Of a stretch of 64,000 bases of DNA, positions 1-9,312 are shown in pieces; the stretch's first letter is position 1, and every line of letters starts with the position of its first letter. A program made the translations under genes and the position numbers. Under the pieces are notes generated by a model that worked only from the letters and a program-made list of their open reading frames with translations, was not told the origin of the DNA and did not search any database. The stretch comes from a virus. The stretch lies in the IMG/VR virus record IMGVR_UViG_3300017917_000332, positions 1-64,000 of that record; one strand, given 5' to 3'.

Positions 1-129
1 GAGTATCTGCTAGGTACTACACAAGAAGAATGGAATGATATTTTTAGAAACTTTAAACCTAGTGACTTATACTATAAATGGGTCACGACCTTTTACTGGC
101 CTAAGTTTTTTGAGAAGATAAAGAGTTAA
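1..129 (+). CDS. 3' end of a hypothetical protein entering the window (…EYLLGTTQEEWNDIFRNFKPSDLYYKWVTTFYWPKFFEKIKS*)
   Basis: Frame 1 is open from base 1 to TAA at 127-129. It overlaps the stop of the convergent ORF, as other convergent pairs here do. Confidence 0.5.
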   Translation, partial: EYLLGTTQEEWNDIFRNFKPSDLYYKWVTTFYWPKFFEKIKS

Positions 130-835
130 CGACTAAGTCTGCAAGTTTTTTGTTTGTTTCAATACCCGGATGTTTTAAATCTCTAGCAACATCTACAACT
201 TCAATATCTTTAGTTTCAAACTGATAGCAGGGAATCCCTAGTGCTTGTATGTACGTAGTTACACTCAAACGCATTATCTTGTAATAATGTTCTAACACAT
301 CAGTTTCAATTACCTTGTAGTACTTGTCAATAATAGGCTTATCGTATAAGTGTTTGATGTAGTCAATCCATGGGCCTAACAAATACTTAGGATCATCAGA
401 TGGGTGAAAAAATCTATAAGGTTCAGGCCATTGAACAACTATATATGCTGGTCGTTTCTTAATGTGTTGGGCCCAAGAAAATAAGTTATGTGTTACAACA
501 TCAGGTCCTGATGCTTCAACAGATAAGTTGTAATAATCCATACCTAGGCTTTTTGAAACTAAGTAGGGATATGTATCTTCTAGCGCAAGACCTGAACCAA
601 ATGTAATACTGCAACCTGCAAATAATACAAAGTCCTTGTCTAGTGTTTCGACGTCTACTGATCTATGCCCGTAGACATTTCTCTTGTAGGTTATATCTTT
701 ATTCCTGTAAATCCAATCTTGAGGTTGAGATTTTAAATTTAATTGATAGTTGTCGTAAGAGTCACTGCCTTCTAAAGTAAAATTAGAATGAGGAGCAGTT
801 TCAGAACCAATTAAGTTGTTGTGTAATTTAATCAT
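101..835 (-). CDS. SGNH/GDSL-like hydrolase or acyltransferase-fold protein
   Basis: Block-I-like FAGCSITFG, NLSVEASG, and C-terminal DLKHPG (DxxH). Confidence 0.6.
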   Translation of the reverse strand: MIKLHNNLIGSETAPHSNFTLEGSDSYDNYQLNLKSQPQDWIYRNKDITYKRNVYGHRSVDVETLDKDFVLFAGCSITFGSGLALEDTYPYLVSKSLGMDYYNLSVEASGPDVVTHNLFSWAQHIKKRPAYIVVQWPEPYRFFHPSDDPKYLLGPWIDYIKHLYDKPIIDKYYKVIETDVLEHYYKIMRLSVTTYIQALGIPCYQFETKDIEVVDVARDLKHPGIETNKKLADLVVNSLSSQKT

Positions 836-2057
836 ATCTTTTTATAAAAGGAAATAAAGACTGCCAATTAGTCGATCTTGATGTGTCGTATAAATCCAAT
901 ACTCTTGTTCTTTCTTTAACAACTTCATAAAAGTCTGCAGGTTCGGTTGATAAAATTTTCATCAATGCATTACACTGGTTAATAACTGTTTCGTCCATTG
1001 TTCGATAATGCTTGTTGTTATTTAAAAAATTAGTTACTGCTTCAACACATTTTATTTTTTGATCAGGTTCTAAATACTGTACACTAAAATAAGGAGGCCC
1101 TTGAACTATCTGCATATTCATTTCATACCAACTGTCAATTTGATTTGCTTTATCTTCAAATACCTCAAATATCTTTTCAATATCAAAAATATTAAAAATA
1201 GAAGCAGTAAAGGAAATACCTATTCGTATAGTTCTCATGCTGATAAGATCGTTTAAATTTTGCGTAAACTGAGAATACCTTCCTGGGTATCTAATAAATC
1301 TAAATTTCTCGTCATCTATATGATCCCAACTGACTACAATGCTGTGTTTTGGAAACAAAGAAATCTTATCAAAGATACTTTGATCGTATGTAATCATATT
1401 AGTCATGATGTTTAGATTAACATCAAAATTTTCATGCTCAATACATTTATCTATGACCTCTAATGCCATTGGATTAATTAAAGGTTCACCCCCTTGGAGG
1501 ATGATTGAGTTAGTATTTTCTAAAGCTAATGACAGGTTATCAGCTACGTTGTTTACACTTTCTAATGTTAATTTTCCAGCACTCCATTCTTCAATTTTAA
1601 TTAACCAAGAAGGAATAGCTACATTATTATCCCTCCATTGAGTAACTTCTTTGGCATGCTGGCTGCTGGCTAATTGATTACAGGTTATACATTTAAGGTT
1701 ACAGAGGTTTCCAGTTTTAATATCTAGGTCAAAAGGAAGGTCAGTTGTCGGGTCAAAATTATCAATGCTTTTTGATATCAATTGATTACTACGTTGTCTT
1801 CTGCTAACAAAACCGTTAGCTTCAGTATCCCAACAACGTTGACAGTTCTCGTTATACTTTCCTTCTATAAGATCTTTGCGAAGACTATTCATCGGATCCG
1901 AACGCCAAACATCTTCAACTTTGTCAGACATTACATTATAAAAAGTTCCGTCTTCTTTTTTTATACCTGTACAAAGACTGCTACAGCAAGGAAGATAATT
2001 TCCGTTCCTCTCTGTTGCAATATGTACGAATGGTAGTATGCAGAATGTATTACTCAT
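828..2057 (-). CDS. Radical SAM enzyme with N-terminal SPASM/twitch-like Cys domain (type A)
   Basis: CNLKCITC (CX3CX2C), GGEP; N-terminal CILPF…CC…CQRCW. Confidence 0.9.
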   Translation of the reverse strand: MSNTFCILPFVHIATERNGNYLPCCSSLCTGIKKEDGTFYNVMSDKVEDVWRSDPMNSLRKDLIEGKYNENCQRCWDTEANGFVSRRQRSNQLISKSIDNFDPTTDLPFDLDIKTGNLCNLKCITCNQLASSQHAKEVTQWRDNNVAIPSWLIKIEEWSAGKLTLESVNNVADNLSLALENTNSIILQGGEPLINPMALEVIDKCIEHENFDVNLNIMTNMITYDQSIFDKISLFPKHSIVVSWDHIDDEKFRFIRYPGRYSQFTQNLNDLISMRTIRIGISFTASIFNIFDIEKIFEVFEDKANQIDSWYEMNMQIVQGPPYFSVQYLEPDQKIKCVEAVTNFLNNNKHYRTMDETVINQCNALMKILSTEPADFYEVVKERTRVLDLYDTSRSTNWQSLFPFIKRYD

Positions 2058-3270
2058 CTTTTAAGTACGGAAACAGTGAGTAGGTATTAGTATTTCTAAT
2101 CTTGTCGTATCCTTCTATTAAACGCTGTCGTTCTGATACAACAAAATCATAATCTTCCGGGTCGCTTAATATTTCTTCAATCTTTGTCATCATAGCCATT
2201 AGATCGTAATCTTTAAAAATAAAATGGTCTTTATTTTTTTCAAGGTAGTCCTTGTGATCTTTTAAAACTTTTTCTTTTTGCTTTTTAGTAAGGTATGTTG
2301 TACTAAAATAGTCAGGCTGGAAAACATTTCGATAAATTACTCTGCCAGTAATTTTTCCCTGTCTAGTTAATTTTTCAAAATGATCTAATATATTAGGTAT
2401 ATCAAAAATATTAAAAATTGAAACGGTCATTGATATGTCTGTTTTGATATTTGGTGCTTCAGTTGTTAGTCTATCAAAGTTGTTTAAAAACTTTTCGTAG
2501 TTTGCAGGATATCTGATATAACTAAATTTTTCAGCAACAATGTGATCCCAACTAATTCCCAGTGTAATATTATTAAAGAACTTTAGTTTCTTAAGTAACT
2601 TATCTGACAAGCTAGTTAAGTTTGTAGTAATCTGCATATTAATATCAAACTGCTGATGTTCTATACAATAGTCTAGTATGCTGTCAAACAGAGGGTGTAT
2701 TAAAGGTTCGCCACCTTCGATTTCTAAGTAAGACGAGTTTTTTAATATAGAAGATATTTGGTCTGTTAGTTTTGTTTTTTCAAAGTCAATTTGATGGCCT
2801 TTGAAAGAATCAATAATTTTAAACCATTTTGGTTTTTCAATACCTTCTTTTTCAAATACTTCTAATTCTTTTTCTATCTGGTTACTATGATAATGGTTAC
2901 AAGTAATACACTTTAGATTGCAGGTATTATCAACCTTAATGCTTAATTGATGCGGCAACTCGTCGACATGACCGCTCTCTTGTATTCTATTCTCATACTG
3001 AGACAACCAAGCTCTGTTAGAACGTTGCCTTCTGCTTTCAACACCCCTTTCTTCGTGGTACCAGCAAGTTTTACAGTTCTTGTGTTTCTCACCGTTTATA
3101 AGAGCACGGCGAACTTCTTTATGAAAGTCCGAGTTCCACGATTCTTCAATTGAGTGTTTCTTAATATTGCAAGGAGAATACGAAACACTTGCAGGACAAA
3201 CCATGTAGTCTCCCGATCTTTCAATTGTAGAATTTATAAAAGGCAATATGCAGATAGTATCTTTATTCAT
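2050..3270 (-). CDS. Radical SAM enzyme, type A
   Basis: CNLKCITC, GGEP, N-terminal CILPF…C…CKTCW; paralog of both neighbours. Confidence 0.9.
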   Translation of the reverse strand: MNKDTICILPFINSTIERSGDYMVCPASVSYSPCNIKKHSIEESWNSDFHKEVRRALINGEKHKNCKTCWYHEERGVESRRQRSNRAWLSQYENRIQESGHVDELPHQLSIKVDNTCNLKCITCNHYHSNQIEKELEVFEKEGIEKPKWFKIIDSFKGHQIDFEKTKLTDQISSILKNSSYLEIEGGEPLIHPLFDSILDYCIEHQQFDINMQITTNLTSLSDKLLKKLKFFNNITLGISWDHIVAEKFSYIRYPANYEKFLNNFDRLTTEAPNIKTDISMTVSIFNIFDIPNILDHFEKLTRQGKITGRVIYRNVFQPDYFSTTYLTKKQKEKVLKDHKDYLEKNKDHFIFKDYDLMAMMTKIEEILSDPEDYDFVVSERQRLIEGYDKIRNTNTYSLFPYLKDE

Positions 3271-4568
3271 TCGTATCTCCTTAGGTACGGGAATAAAGAC
3301 ATATGATCAGTGTTACGCAGTGAATCGTACAAGTCTAACACTCTTGTTCTCTCTTTAACAACTTGGTCAAAGTCTAGCTGTTTAGGGCCCATGAAGCCTC
3401 TAATAGTTCTAATACTTTCTACCATCTCTGGATTATCTTTAAAAACCTTGTAGTGCTGATGTTTATCCAAATACTGATTAAATTTTGTTGCGGCAAGATC
3501 TTTTTGATCCTCGTCTAGGTATTTTAGATTAAAATAGTTAGGGTAATATATCATGCCCATATTAATAGTAAACTTACCAGCAACACGATTGCTAACTTCT
3601 TCCCAGTTTTCAAATATTTCCTCAACATCAAAAATATTAAAAATTCCCCAGGTAGTACTGAGTTTCTTTTCAATATGTTCAAACTCAAATATTTTGTCAA
3701 AGTTTCTTCTAAAATGGTTGTAGTCTGCAGGGTGACGAATAAAGTAAAACTTATCAGGATCTACATGATCGTAGCTGACATTTAACATTGGGTGTTTAAA
3801 CTTGTCCAAATGTCTAAGCGTCTTGTCATTGATTGTAGAAAGGTTGGTGATAATCTGAAGCATCATATGTTCAGCATAACCTGCTTCTACACATCTTTCT
3901 AACAGTCGTATAGTTGCAGGGTTAACTAACGGCTCGCCACCAACTATACTAAGATGTTTTGCTTGTTTAAGACTTGGCTCTAAGTTACTGATCAATTGTT
4001 CAACATCTAGATTTTTGGGATTAAAGTTATCCATGTTTATGTCAAACTTTTTAACTCTAGCGTCCCACATTTTAATTAACCCGGGAGTGTCTAAGTTTTG
4101 AGATTTCATCTTTAGAGACTCTTCGTGGTGCAGACTGCTACTTCCAGGGTAGCACATGATACATTTTAAATTGCACAGAGTACCGATCTTTAAATCAATA
4201 TTTGTTGGCGGCTCCGATAACACGTAGTCATTATTCAGTGCTTCTTGTATGTAAGGTTCGTAGTCTGGATATAAGTCCTTACATTCCACTAAGCTCTTTT
4301 GACGTCTACTAAATGCTCCCCGATCTTCAAACTCCCAGCAGTATTGACAAGTTGGATTCTTAACACCGTTTAGTAAATCTTTTCTAAGTGTTTTATAAAA
4401 GTCACTGTTCCACACTTGGTCAACAGAATGAGTCCTCATGTTATAAGGCTGTCCATTTTCATCATTAATGACTACTTCTTCAGAATAACAACAAACCCTA
4501 TAGTTGCCGTCGTTGGTTGATCCTATATGAGTAAATGGCAAGATACAAAATGTGGGATACTTTTTCAT
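3267..4568 (-). CDS. Radical SAM enzyme, type A
   Basis: CNLKCIMC, GGEP, CILPF…CC…CQYCW. Start moved to ATG 4568 (MKKYPTFC), 5 nt from a TAAATA motif. Confidence 0.9.
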   Translation of the reverse strand: MKKYPTFCILPFTHIGSTNDGNYRVCCYSEEVVINDENGQPYNMRTHSVDQVWNSDFYKTLRKDLLNGVKNPTCQYCWEFEDRGAFSRRQKSLVECKDLYPDYEPYIQEALNNDYVLSEPPTNIDLKIGTLCNLKCIMCYPGSSSLHHEESLKMKSQNLDTPGLIKMWDARVKKFDINMDNFNPKNLDVEQLISNLEPSLKQAKHLSIVGGEPLVNPATIRLLERCVEAGYAEHMMLQIITNLSTINDKTLRHLDKFKHPMLNVSYDHVDPDKFYFIRHPADYNHFRRNFDKIFEFEHIEKKLSTTWGIFNIFDVEEIFENWEEVSNRVAGKFTINMGMIYYPNYFNLKYLDEDQKDLAATKFNQYLDKHQHYKVFKDNPEMVESIRTIRGFMGPKQLDFDQVVKERTRVLDLYDSLRNTDHMSLFPYLRRYE

Positions 4569-4573
4569 TACAC

Positions 4574-4602
4574 TATTTAAGCATAATAGTAGCACATAAA
4601 TA
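4574..4602. promoter_or_regulatory. Divergent pair of TAAATA late-type promoter motifs
   Basis: TATTTA 4574-4579 (minus strand, 5 nt before ATG 4568) and TAAATA 4597-4602 (5 nt before ATG 4608). Confidence 0.65.
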
Positions 4603-4607
4603 GAAAC

Positions 4608-5786
4608 ATGAACACAGTAAACCTAGTAGTCAACCAATTTAATTTTGACGAAGAAATATTACTAAAAGCAGTTAAAGACAAGAGCGGAACCTATTTGGGT
4701 AAGACTGTTAGTCTATGCCACCACTGTCACCAGCATGTACCAGCTTACATATATCACGATCAAAAACATTTATGGATGGCCAAGGCTTGTAAGTTACACG
4801 GTGTTAGCCATCATATGATTGAAAGGGACTACGAGTTCTACAGTAATTTAAAGTACACCAAAAACACTTTTGGATTCACTCATAAAAATGTAATGACTGA
4901 AGTTACTGATAAATGTAATGCTAACTGTCCCCATTGTTATCATATTCCTGACAACTCAAAGCCGGATGTTAGTTACCAAGAACTAATTGCTAAAATAAAC
5001 AAGTGGTATAAAAAAGGCAGTGACACAAATATTATATTTGCAGGTGCCGAACCTTTGCTACGAAAAGACATTATTGAGTTAGTTGAGACTATAAACATCG
5101 AATTTCCGCAATCTAATATTGCGTCATTGACTAACGGCATTAGACTTGCTGACCGTCAGTTAGTTAAAGATTTAAAGTCTGCTGGACTAAAAAGTGTTCT
5201 TATAGGGCTGAATCATCCTAGTTATCTAAACACTCCTGTAATTAGACAGAAACAATTAGACTCTATTATTAACTGCCAAGAAGAAGGTATGAACATGTAT
5301 TACGTAGGATACACTATGAGCAGTACCTTAGAGCTGTTTGATATCCTAGATGAGATTATGAGTAACCCTTGGTATCCTCCTCAATTTAGAATACGCTACG
5401 GTAGTGACATTGGAAGATATCCCGAACAAGAAAGATTATACGTTAGCGATATCTATAAATTAATCAAACACTGGTGTGATAAGAATAACAAACACTTTGA
5501 GGATATGGAAGGTGATAATAACATTTATCACACTATGGTAAAAGTTGAAGGAAAGCCAATTCGTGTTATCCAATGGTGTGACGAGACTGATATACACATG
5601 GAAGAACTAAGAACCGGACCTTACTGCGATTTTGTTAGCGATGGTTTAACAAACTTCTTGCACCAAGTTATTAGACGCGATGTAGAAAAAAATAAAGGAA
5701 TAGTACTTCCTGATTTGCCCCCTACTAGATACCTAATGGAAAATCAGTTTGATTATTCTGAGTTAGATTTTAAAACTTTAAGATAA
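4608..5786 (+). CDS. Radical SAM enzyme with N-terminal rubredoxin-like CxxC-X20-CxxH domain (MJ0619/Tes-like architecture)
   Basis: SLCHHC…KACKLHG; EVTDKCNANCPHC; GAEP; TNG. Confidence 0.85.
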   Translation: MNTVNLVVNQFNFDEEILLKAVKDKSGTYLGKTVSLCHHCHQHVPAYIYHDQKHLWMAKACKLHGVSHHMIERDYEFYSNLKYTKNTFGFTHKNVMTEVTDKCNANCPHCYHIPDNSKPDVSYQELIAKINKWYKKGSDTNIIFAGAEPLLRKDIIELVETINIEFPQSNIASLTNGIRLADRQLVKDLKSAGLKSVLIGLNHPSYLNTPVIRQKQLDSIINCQEEGMNMYYVGYTMSSTLELFDILDEIMSNPWYPPQFRIRYGSDIGRYPEQERLYVSDIYKLIKHWCDKNNKHFEDMEGDNNIYHTMVKVEGKPIRVIQWCDETDIHMEELRTGPYCDFVSDGLTNFLHQVIRRDVEKNKGIVLPDLPPTRYLMENQFDYSELDFKTLR

Positions 5787-6367
5787 ATTTCTTTAAGAGT
5801 GTTGTTAGGCCATTGGATGTAATCTAAACACGCTCTTTCGTACAACAGAGCAACATCCAACTTACCATCTACTGCTAACTTCTCAACAACTTCTAAACGA
5901 TCTGCATTTAGTATTGGTTTGTAGAAATCAACATCAACGAGGCTTTCCTTATAGTTGCAGGATGTATAAAACGAATAAGCTCTTAGTGTTCCTTTGCTGT
6001 CTGTATAAAAACATTTAGGGTAAAAGTTAGGTTTATATATTTTATACTTGTGCAAATCTTTAACTATATTTTCAAGTTGCATTTGCCAGTTGTCTGGTAA
6101 GAAGTCTTCGCAACTATTTCCGTACCAGTCAAAGTATATCTTCTTGCGACCAATATCAACATTTACATGTTCGGGCATCCAAGAAACGTTGTAGCCTTTT
6201 AAGTCAAACAACATTCTACACTCACGCATGAAACTAGACTCAACTAGTTCTTTAGGGTATTTTGGATCAACAGGATTAAAATCAAGACATGCCTGTGTTT
6301 GGTCTTCATTAACTAATAGCGTAAAAAGACCTTGGTGTAGTCCGTTTGATTTAAAATTATTTTCCAC
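5753..6367 (-). CDS. Degenerate protein-kinase-like fold protein
   Basis: FMRECRML (alphaC-like), LHKYKIYKPNFYPKCF (catalytic-loop-like, lacks Asp); paralog of 14201..14893. Confidence 0.5.
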   Translation of the reverse strand: MENNFKSNGLHQGLFTLLVNEDQTQACLDFNPVDPKYPKELVESSFMRECRMLFDLKGYNVSWMPEHVNVDIGRKKIYFDWYGNSCEDFLPDNWQMQLENIVKDLHKYKIYKPNFYPKCFYTDSKGTLRAYSFYTSCNYKESLVDVDFYKPILNADRLEVVEKLAVDGKLDVALLYERACLDYIQWPNNTLKEIYLKVLKSNSE

Positions 6368-6371
6368 CTAG

Positions 6372-6390
6372 TATTTACTACTCATAAATA
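6372..6390. promoter_or_regulatory. Divergent pair of TAAATA late-type promoter motifs
   Basis: TATTTA 6372-6377 (4 nt before GTG 6367) and TAAATA 6385-6390 (4 nt before ATG 6395). Confidence 0.65.
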
Positions 6391-6394
6391 TCTG

Positions 6395-6922
6395 ATGAAA
6401 TTAATTAGAAACTGTAGTGATATAATTGATTGGGACTACGAAATATCGTTGTTGACTGACGGCAACAGGTTAGTTTACAATGATCAATCCTTTAACAAAG
6501 ATCTACCCCAATTCGCTAAAATGGATAAAGTTTGGCAAGACGCTGGGTATCAATATAACACTGACAGTATTGAGTGGATAAATTATTTTCCAAGGAAAGA
6601 ACTTATTGATAAGTTTTCCGAGCTAGTCGAAGCTAAACCGTGGATGGTTTGGTTCAGTAGAATAAAGCCTGGCAAGATGGCACCATGGCACGAGGATGTA
6701 CATTCAAAAATCAACGAAGTATTGTCTTTAGGAACACCTGTTAGATTCACCTGTTATGTACAGAACCCTCATGTAGGTCATGTTAGTATTGTAGAAAAAC
6801 ATTGTGTGTACATGCCTAATAAAGGGGACATCTATCAATGGCCTTCGCACGATGCGTGGCATTGCGGAATGAACGGCGGACTAGTTGACAAATATATGTT
6901 TAACTTTTGGGGTTACAGATGA
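6395..6922 (+). CDS. Fe(II)/2OG-dependent oxygenase-like (AspH/cupin) protein
   Basis: PGKMAPWHED (HxD) … WHCGMN (distal His). Confidence 0.7.
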   Translation: MKLIRNCSDIIDWDYEISLLTDGNRLVYNDQSFNKDLPQFAKMDKVWQDAGYQYNTDSIEWINYFPRKELIDKFSELVEAKPWMVWFSRIKPGKMAPWHEDVHSKINEVLSLGTPVRFTCYVQNPHVGHVSIVEKHCVYMPNKGDIYQWPSHDAWHCGMNGGLVDKYMFNFWGYR

Positions 6923-8511
6923 ATATAGTTATTGTAGGCGGCGGTTCAGCAGGTTGGATGACTGCTGGTTGGTTATCAAAAAAGAATCCGGGAAATAACA
7001 TTACTGTCATTGAAAGTAGCAATATACCTAAAATAGGTGTAGGTGAAAGCGTTACACCTCACGTTGCATCCTTCTTTTTAGAAATGGGTATTCCTGCAAA
7101 CCATTGGATGAACGCAACCGGATCTATCTATAAATTAGCTAACAAGTTTGTAAACTGGAAGACTGGCCAAGGTGAATACGAGTACTTCAGTTTTAACTAT
7201 ACCGTAGACAGTAACTTCTACTATAAAGATATAAGCCATCCGATATCTAAAGCAGACTGGCTAATATCTAATGACACGCAAAATAAAACTACAGACATCA
7301 TCTTAGAACTTATAAAGAACAAAGACCTTGATAAGTTTGACAAATATTTTAACAGTCAATACCACTACATGGAGAAAAACGTTTCTCCCTTCCTAGATGG
7401 AAAGTATTTACTTAACCCAATATACAGTTGGAGTCAACACATTAACGCCGACCTTGCGGCTGAATATATAAGAGATCACATTGCAATTCCAAACGGAGTT
7501 ACACTAATTAATCAAAAGATTACTAGCGTACAGACAACTGAAGGTTATATAAACTCTGTGACATTAGAAGATGGTAGGGTAGTAACTGCTGACTTGTTTG
7601 TTGATGCTTCAGGCTTCCATAAACTACTAACTAACGCTGTGGGCTGGAAGGAAAAAGTCTATACAGACAATCCTATAGATAGAGCATGGGTGTGTCAGCT
7701 AGACTATGAAAACCACGAATCTGAAATGGTTAACTATACACAAAGTATTGCCCAAAATCATGGTTGGTTATTTAAGATTGGATTGTATCATCGCATGGGG
7801 TCTGGATACTGTTATAGTTCTAGTCACTTGTCTGACGAACAAGCACTAGCTGATTATAAGTCTATGGTAAAGAATCTAAAGAGAGAACCAAGGCTAATAA
7901 AATGGACCCCGTCAAGATTAGAAAAGATGGCTGATAAAAATCTAGTAGCTGTAGGATTAAGTTGCGGATTTGTAGAGCCTATGGAAGCTAATGCTTTGTT
8001 TATTATTATCAACAGCATCGGTCAGCTTTCTTCTGCTATTAGACAGCAACAAGAAAAACAAGTTTGGGATTTTACTGAATTAAACGAAAAGCTGTCATAT
8101 GCTATTGACGATATTGCAGACTTTATTAAAGTTCACTATACACTAAGCAACAGAACACAAACAGATTTTTGGAACGACATGCGAGAATTACATAGAAAAG
8201 AAAACCATGTTGATCTTATCTACTCTAAGTATGTTCATCCTAACAATGTTATGACAAATGCTGTATCCGGATATTCATTATTTCCAGATTACATGTGGGC
8301 ACAATTAGCAACAGCATGGGACATAGACACTACAGGATGGTACAAGACTCCAGATCCGTTGACTGTAGAATTAGGCAAGATGCACTTTCAACACCAAGAA
8401 AGAAAGCACAATCTTGTATCTAGTAATATGGAAAACAACTTTAGATGGCTACAGTCTAATATCTTTAATGGACTTAGTTCTGCCGAATGGCAACAAAAGT
8501 ATATTAGTTAA
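6919..8511 (+). CDS. Flavin-dependent tryptophan-halogenase-family protein
   Basis: IVGGGSAGW, VGES, IYKLANKFVNW (catalytic Lys region), DLFVDASGF, GFVEPME; ATGA overlap with the upstream gene. Confidence 0.88.
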   Translation: MNIVIVGGGSAGWMTAGWLSKKNPGNNITVIESSNIPKIGVGESVTPHVASFFLEMGIPANHWMNATGSIYKLANKFVNWKTGQGEYEYFSFNYTVDSNFYYKDISHPISKADWLISNDTQNKTTDIILELIKNKDLDKFDKYFNSQYHYMEKNVSPFLDGKYLLNPIYSWSQHINADLAAEYIRDHIAIPNGVTLINQKITSVQTTEGYINSVTLEDGRVVTADLFVDASGFHKLLTNAVGWKEKVYTDNPIDRAWVCQLDYENHESEMVNYTQSIAQNHGWLFKIGLYHRMGSGYCYSSSHLSDEQALADYKSMVKNLKREPRLIKWTPSRLEKMADKNLVAVGLSCGFVEPMEANALFIIINSIGQLSSAIRQQQEKQVWDFTELNEKLSYAIDDIADFIKVHYTLSNRTQTDFWNDMRELHRKENHVDLIYSKYVHPNNVMTNAVSGYSLFPDYMWAQLATAWDIDTTGWYKTPDPLTVELGKMHFQHQERKHNLVSSNMENNFRWLQSNIFNGLSSAEWQQKYIS

Positions 8512-9311
8512 TAAAGATCAATATGATCTATTCCTAACTTTTTGCGAAACTCTTCTGTAAACTTACCATCAATTCTAAGACTATAGCTTTGCTCTATAAT
8601 CTTTTCGCCGCCGTGCCAATCAACATCATTCCACCATGCGGCTCTACAGTTAATATAGGTCTTGTCTTTTGTTTCAGGATCCCATAAATAAAATGCTTTT
8701 TTAGTATTAGGACGGATATGTATAAACTCGTTGCGATGCGGCTTAACTACATTAACACCGTTCTTAGCATCTAAATCTCTATGCTCAAAAGGAATACCAT
8801 CGTGGTCGCAGTGGAAAAATATAACCCTACCAATGTGTTCAAAGATGCCATTAGTAATAGTTGACTCGACCCATTTAACTACATTAGGAAAGTATGCGGC
8901 TTCCTCTGTTAGCTTTCTAGGTGCTGTTCGATCGTCCCAGCTACCTTCTTCCCATAGGAAGTAGTATATGTAAGGATCATAGGCGCCTAACGCCATCTTT
9001 AAGTAACGAGTAAATTTGTTTCTTGTTTGATGATCTTTAATATTACAATATAAATCCCAACCACCTCTTTTAATAGGATCGTCATCTGGTAATGCAAGGT
9101 ACTCCGATAATGCTTGGTATATTGGTTTCCAGTGAGGTTTGTAGCTCATGTCATCAAAAGTAAAACCTGGAGCCATCCATGTGCCTTCTTTAGCAAAGTG
9201 TCTAGCTTCTGCAAAGCCTCTAATAATCTCAGGCTGAAGTGCTTCAAACTCCTTCATATCCAAGTACTGCTCTAAATTAAAATAAGGATTTCCGTTTATA
9301 CCTTTGATCAT
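8508..9311 (-). CDS. Cupin/Fe(II)-2OG oxygenase-like protein
   Basis: IPFEHRD…WWNDVDWHGG…SLRIDG; paralog of 10621..11421. Confidence 0.55.
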   Translation of the reverse strand: MIKGINGNPYFNLEQYLDMKEFEALQPEIIRGFAEARHFAKEGTWMAPGFTFDDMSYKPHWKPIYQALSEYLALPDDDPIKRGGWDLYCNIKDHQTRNKFTRYLKMALGAYDPYIYYFLWEEGSWDDRTAPRKLTEEAAYFPNVVKWVESTITNGIFEHIGRVIFFHCDHDGIPFEHRDLDAKNGVNVVKPHRNEFIHIRPNTKKAFYLWDPETKDKTYINCRAAWWNDVDWHGGEKIIEQSYSLRIDGKFTEEFRKKLGIDHIDLY

Positions 9312-9312
9312 C

